A DNA stretch of 59,853 nucleotides, filler included. It is 6 parts of 6 records of this genome, joined end to end, with 100 filler letters (N's around TTAATTAATTAA, not from the genome) between each part and the next. Parts side by side here need not be neighbours in the genome. Positions count along the whole stretch, not along the records: positions 54,149 to 59,853 come from SRR2962707_2147; 5 more parts are not named here. One strand, 5' to 3'. Both the position numbers and the translations under genes were made by a program. Below the pieces are notes generated by a model that had not been told where the DNA came from, did no database searches, and saw only the letters and a list, made by a program, of their open reading frames with translations. Below, piece after piece: positions 57,701 to 59,853 of the stretch. Within the stretch, counting starts at the first letter, position 1. Each line of letters starts with the position of its first letter.

Positions 57701-57883
57701 GGCGCACGCAACAACGACGGCGCAAGTCCTCGCCACCGAGCAAACTCTCCTCACGCGGCAGGCATCAACGAGCCGTGGGACGTGGCGATCGAGCAACAGT
57801 TGCTTGGCTCAGATTTCAGCATGCATCTGGATATGGACGAACCTGGAGACCACCACAGCGGCAGCGCAACGTTTCTTTTCTAA
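54767..57883 (+). CDS. Hypothetical eukaryotic membrane protein with charged coiled coil and long Ser/Gly-rich disordered tail
   Basis: More than 3 kb open frame; N-terminal hydrophobic segments; E/R/K/Q-rich helix; first plausible ATG 54767 (start uncertain). Confidence 0.65.
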   Translation: MGSPSVATPDRSGASSSTQHLTAFMYLLYFSLMMAGNIAIVAGHKGAWAAWFSRPACIPAMLMLRATNMLVPCPSLHADHTCALRCLLVALVVFQPLFGVASGATGLDALLDPEDGEADPASSSGEGSNYLTDFVILGSTIAVTAPLMGLVARSLVWPPMKAFYRKWRRQLSQQRLQRRKKQKLAMLAHGNHQDSSGDRGSASGDSSSRPRTDSRDSKHDRKKDKLAQARRREEREAAQAKAEADRKAREARKLLLRQQKEQRRKQQELQRREAEEAANQQSAEDAAALERDRLKRIEKTRQKLEQEEAELRRKREEQKRQEEEARLRKQRKQREADERAAVAAAAAKEEAKSSKKQQKNLSQLPQESQQPKPMKKQKSKLAKQGAHSASRDVREVRKLSNAAQESASTNQSTNNTNQNNTNHHDRTTSSKTAGSGSGSTANARDKGGSRKRSSTNTSNNGNAPRTTDVSGSKSKGSAKKPQGDGSRDAVGAASVKHQQSPGTSTSTNRLDSRGSGTSHARNSRVQESSSSGTSGAVSKRVAQSTSSGPSPSNASKGSTSTGSAVATQQLKAVLGVSSTSSVTANDPSFAAPAAPGPLKPRGVASVVGSDSTHLPGTRKSTFSSATSTSSNRSNVIPQSVRPMSFAAASGSKTSPSKNRRELPLSASSAAQKNSKAATQLSGEEVRMLELQYEEIDRRRWGEVAVSTVVMLPLMAWQYMNVWTTSSFTNVPHHHHRQHHAPHHVTNGHHSHRIRSAGKHDTSGASLSAHRPWRPGERRHVSGIKSAGNHPGMQILGSSAAANTNVPQDALAAASMMHPFSGGSSVVDSLSASAGVAPPGSVGVAPGSRSRGSSASGGSNLLSVVGVRPSSADGHSDAGTSTSSSPGSVVASSTSTSLAGLRAHPAHGSQASNDMYGSGNVGKTRPLLGEIGEHHSHGLHQPQPQEPGSPDMGPRSFLPSFLQDDAAGDDGEAGGMFGPGARNNDGASPRHRANSPHAAGINEPWDVAIEQQLLGSDFSMHLDMDEPGDHHSGSATFLF

Positions 57884-58610
57884 TCCCTCCCGCCTGATCT
57901 TCCCTGCCGCTAAGGCCAAGCTTTGCTTAACAGTGCAGACCACGCTCGTGCTCGTTTTGCGCGTGCTGGTTTGCCTGCCGGAGCTATGATTTCGGGGGCA
58001 GTGGACAGGTTGGCAACGGGTAATGGAGATATGAACGTGGGTGCATGTGTGAGTGTGTGGTAGGGATCGGGCCATGAGGTTGCTCCTAACCAGTGGCATC
58101 GATTGTCGGACCATGGCCGATAACCACTTGGCTTATTTCGGCAGATGTTTGGGCGACGAGCGTGTGAAGTGGAAAAACGAAAATGGTATTGGTACCCAGA
58201 TAAGACAAAGACTTGGATTGGTTGCACCGCAACAACGAAACAAAAACTTACCAACATACAACATACATACAGCACCTTTTTTAAAATTGATTACTTCCTT
58301 GAAAGAAAGCAAAAGTAAAAAAACTCTTGTCGGCCATGATCCGAAAAATCGATGCCGCTGGTTGAGAGCAACCTCGTGGCGATTGCATTAATCATTTGGC
58401 ATAGCATGAACAAAGTCAGCGAGTGTTGCCACAATTGAGTCAGGAATCACACTTTCGTGATCCTGAAGCGGGTTGACTGCCAGCGCATGATGTTTCTAAT
58501 CAATAAATAAGGGTTTCACAACATAAATCAATCACTTCACTAAGTCTAGAAAAATAGCCACAGCGTAAACATCATCATGTCGAGTACCACAGGTGAGTCA
58601 GGGAGATCAG

Positions 58611-58825
58611 GATATAGAGATGCAGAATTTCGGGGAATCAACACCTGAGGAGCCTGACACATTTACTTCACAACCACAACAAGTGAGTCGATGACATCGA
58701 GATGCAAGACATGAGTGGGTCATCGCAGAGTGCTCCATCGAATGCTAATCCATCAAGTGGTGGTCAAGACATTGAGATGCAGACTTTCAGCGATCATAAC
58801 GCACAGATAGCTGAGTCCAATCCGA
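58611..58825 (+). pseudogene. Frameshifted fragment of a DIEMQ-repeat protein, probably viral
   Basis: DIEMQNF (58611, frame 3), DIEMQDM (58693, frame 1), DIEMQTF (58768, frame 1). Confidence 0.5.
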
Positions 58826-59853
58826 ATGAACAATGCATTAATCAACACACAGGATACTTATCTTGTATTCAATATCAAAATGACTGGAACGCAGTACAAG
58901 GCGTGTGTCTCCGAAAGAGCAGAAGCCTATTCACTTTTCAGATCTGTTACCGTCTCAACTGGTGACGGATCAACTGTTCTTGAACTCTCGACCATTACGG
59001 TGTCCTTCAAGCACTGAAGTATCGATATGAATCCACTGAATCCGGTGACAATCTAAGATACCTTCATGAAGGTATGCCCAATAAGTCGTACATTGATGAC
59101 TCATCCTGTAATCAGTACGTTGATGCAACAGCTGTGACAGATCCCCACAAGATGGTCGAAGTCACAGCTGGCCTACATCTGTCGGGTTGTTTATCAAGTC
59201 TGAGAGAGGATGTGTTCCCATGCGTTGCGACTCGTGGTCTCCGAATTAAACTCGAACTTAATGAGGCATCCACAGTGGTACAAGGTGTTAAGGCATCCAC
59301 CTACACTCTATCCAATGGACAGAACCAACCGACAGGTAACTACGATGGATACACATCCAATGGGTACGCAGTAGTCAACGGTGGTGCAGCCAACAACCAG
59401 ACGGAGATAGTCCTCAAGAATGCTGACGACTTACTTCTAGCAGGTCATACTCGCATTCTGTCACCAGCCAATGCCAATCCGACTCATCTGTTCCAGAACG
59501 GTCAGTGGATCTATGTGCAGGAACTTGGTGGTCAACCGAGTGAATGTCAGATCTCCACCGTTGAGGTAGATAACAACCGTATCAAACTCACACTTACAGC
59601 CAATGTTCCAGTAGCCTTATCTGAGGACGCATCTGTCTGGGTGAACACTGATGCTAGCCATGATGATATGAATTTTGAACTCAGTGAAGTGAGAATGAAC
59701 GTTGGTACAGTTGATCCTCCTCCTGGTTACCTCGAAGCCCTTATCTCCAAGGTCAATAGCATTCCGGTTCACAATACAATCACATACAGACTACAACAGA
59801 AATGTATGCGACAACAGTTTGAACAATGCTCTTCCACTCAACTGTAGAAATAC
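58826..59853 (+). pseudogene. Polinton-like virus double-jelly-roll major capsid-like gene, frameshifted, runs off window
   Basis: INTQDTYLVFNI..AYSLFRSVTVSTGDGSTVLE / LDHYGVLQALKYRY..HEG..LHLSGCL..FPCVATRGLRIKLEL..FELSEVRMNV..PPPGY / FRFTIQSHTDYNRN; frame breaks near 58985 and 59760. Confidence 0.65.

Noticed and set aside
58440-58466. Imperfect hairpin TCAGGAATCAC…GTGATCCTGA as the terminus of the viral element
   Set aside because: Short and imperfect, and the other end of the element is outside the window, so no TIR or TSD test is possible

Overview
This window is not one genome. It holds six unrelated contigs joined by artificial 100-nt N-spacers with a TTAATTAATTAA core (7160-7259, 15529-15628, 42805-42904, 48128-48227, 54049-54148). 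(1) 1-7159 is a gammaproteobacterial heavy-metal island. A complete 5.1-kb ISPpu12-like ISL3 'transporter IS' (24-bp IRs, 8-bp CTAATGAA target duplication) carries a whole mer operon. It has split the first gene of a CueR-type copper operon. An IS3 end, cadR and DUF302 relics and a copA 3' end are also present. (2) 7260-15528 is from a flagellated protist: a DnaJ gene and a 3-exon CFAP65. (3) 15629-42804 is Marinomonas-like chromosome: a sugar-acid catabolic cluster (TRAP, uxuA/uxuB, manD/rspAB, GntR with operators), a hybrid kinase, gst, zapE, ppnN, glsB, nudC, tdh-kbl, a deacetylase and tRNAs. (4) 42905-48127 is from a Rhizobiales-type organism: feuPQ, a lipoprotein, and ccmI-ccmE-ccmF. (5) 48228-54048 is protist DNA with a mucin/beta-roll surface protein. 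It also has a spliced gene that appears to fuse the two unrelated DOPA 4,5-dioxygenase families (Amanita-type DodA plus LigB/DODA), which is the most striking observation here. (6) 54149-59853 has a protist membrane/coiled-coil gene followed by a frameshifted capsid gene resembling those of Polinton-like viruses. All family calls come from motif recognition by eye. No searches were run, and taxonomy is inferred.
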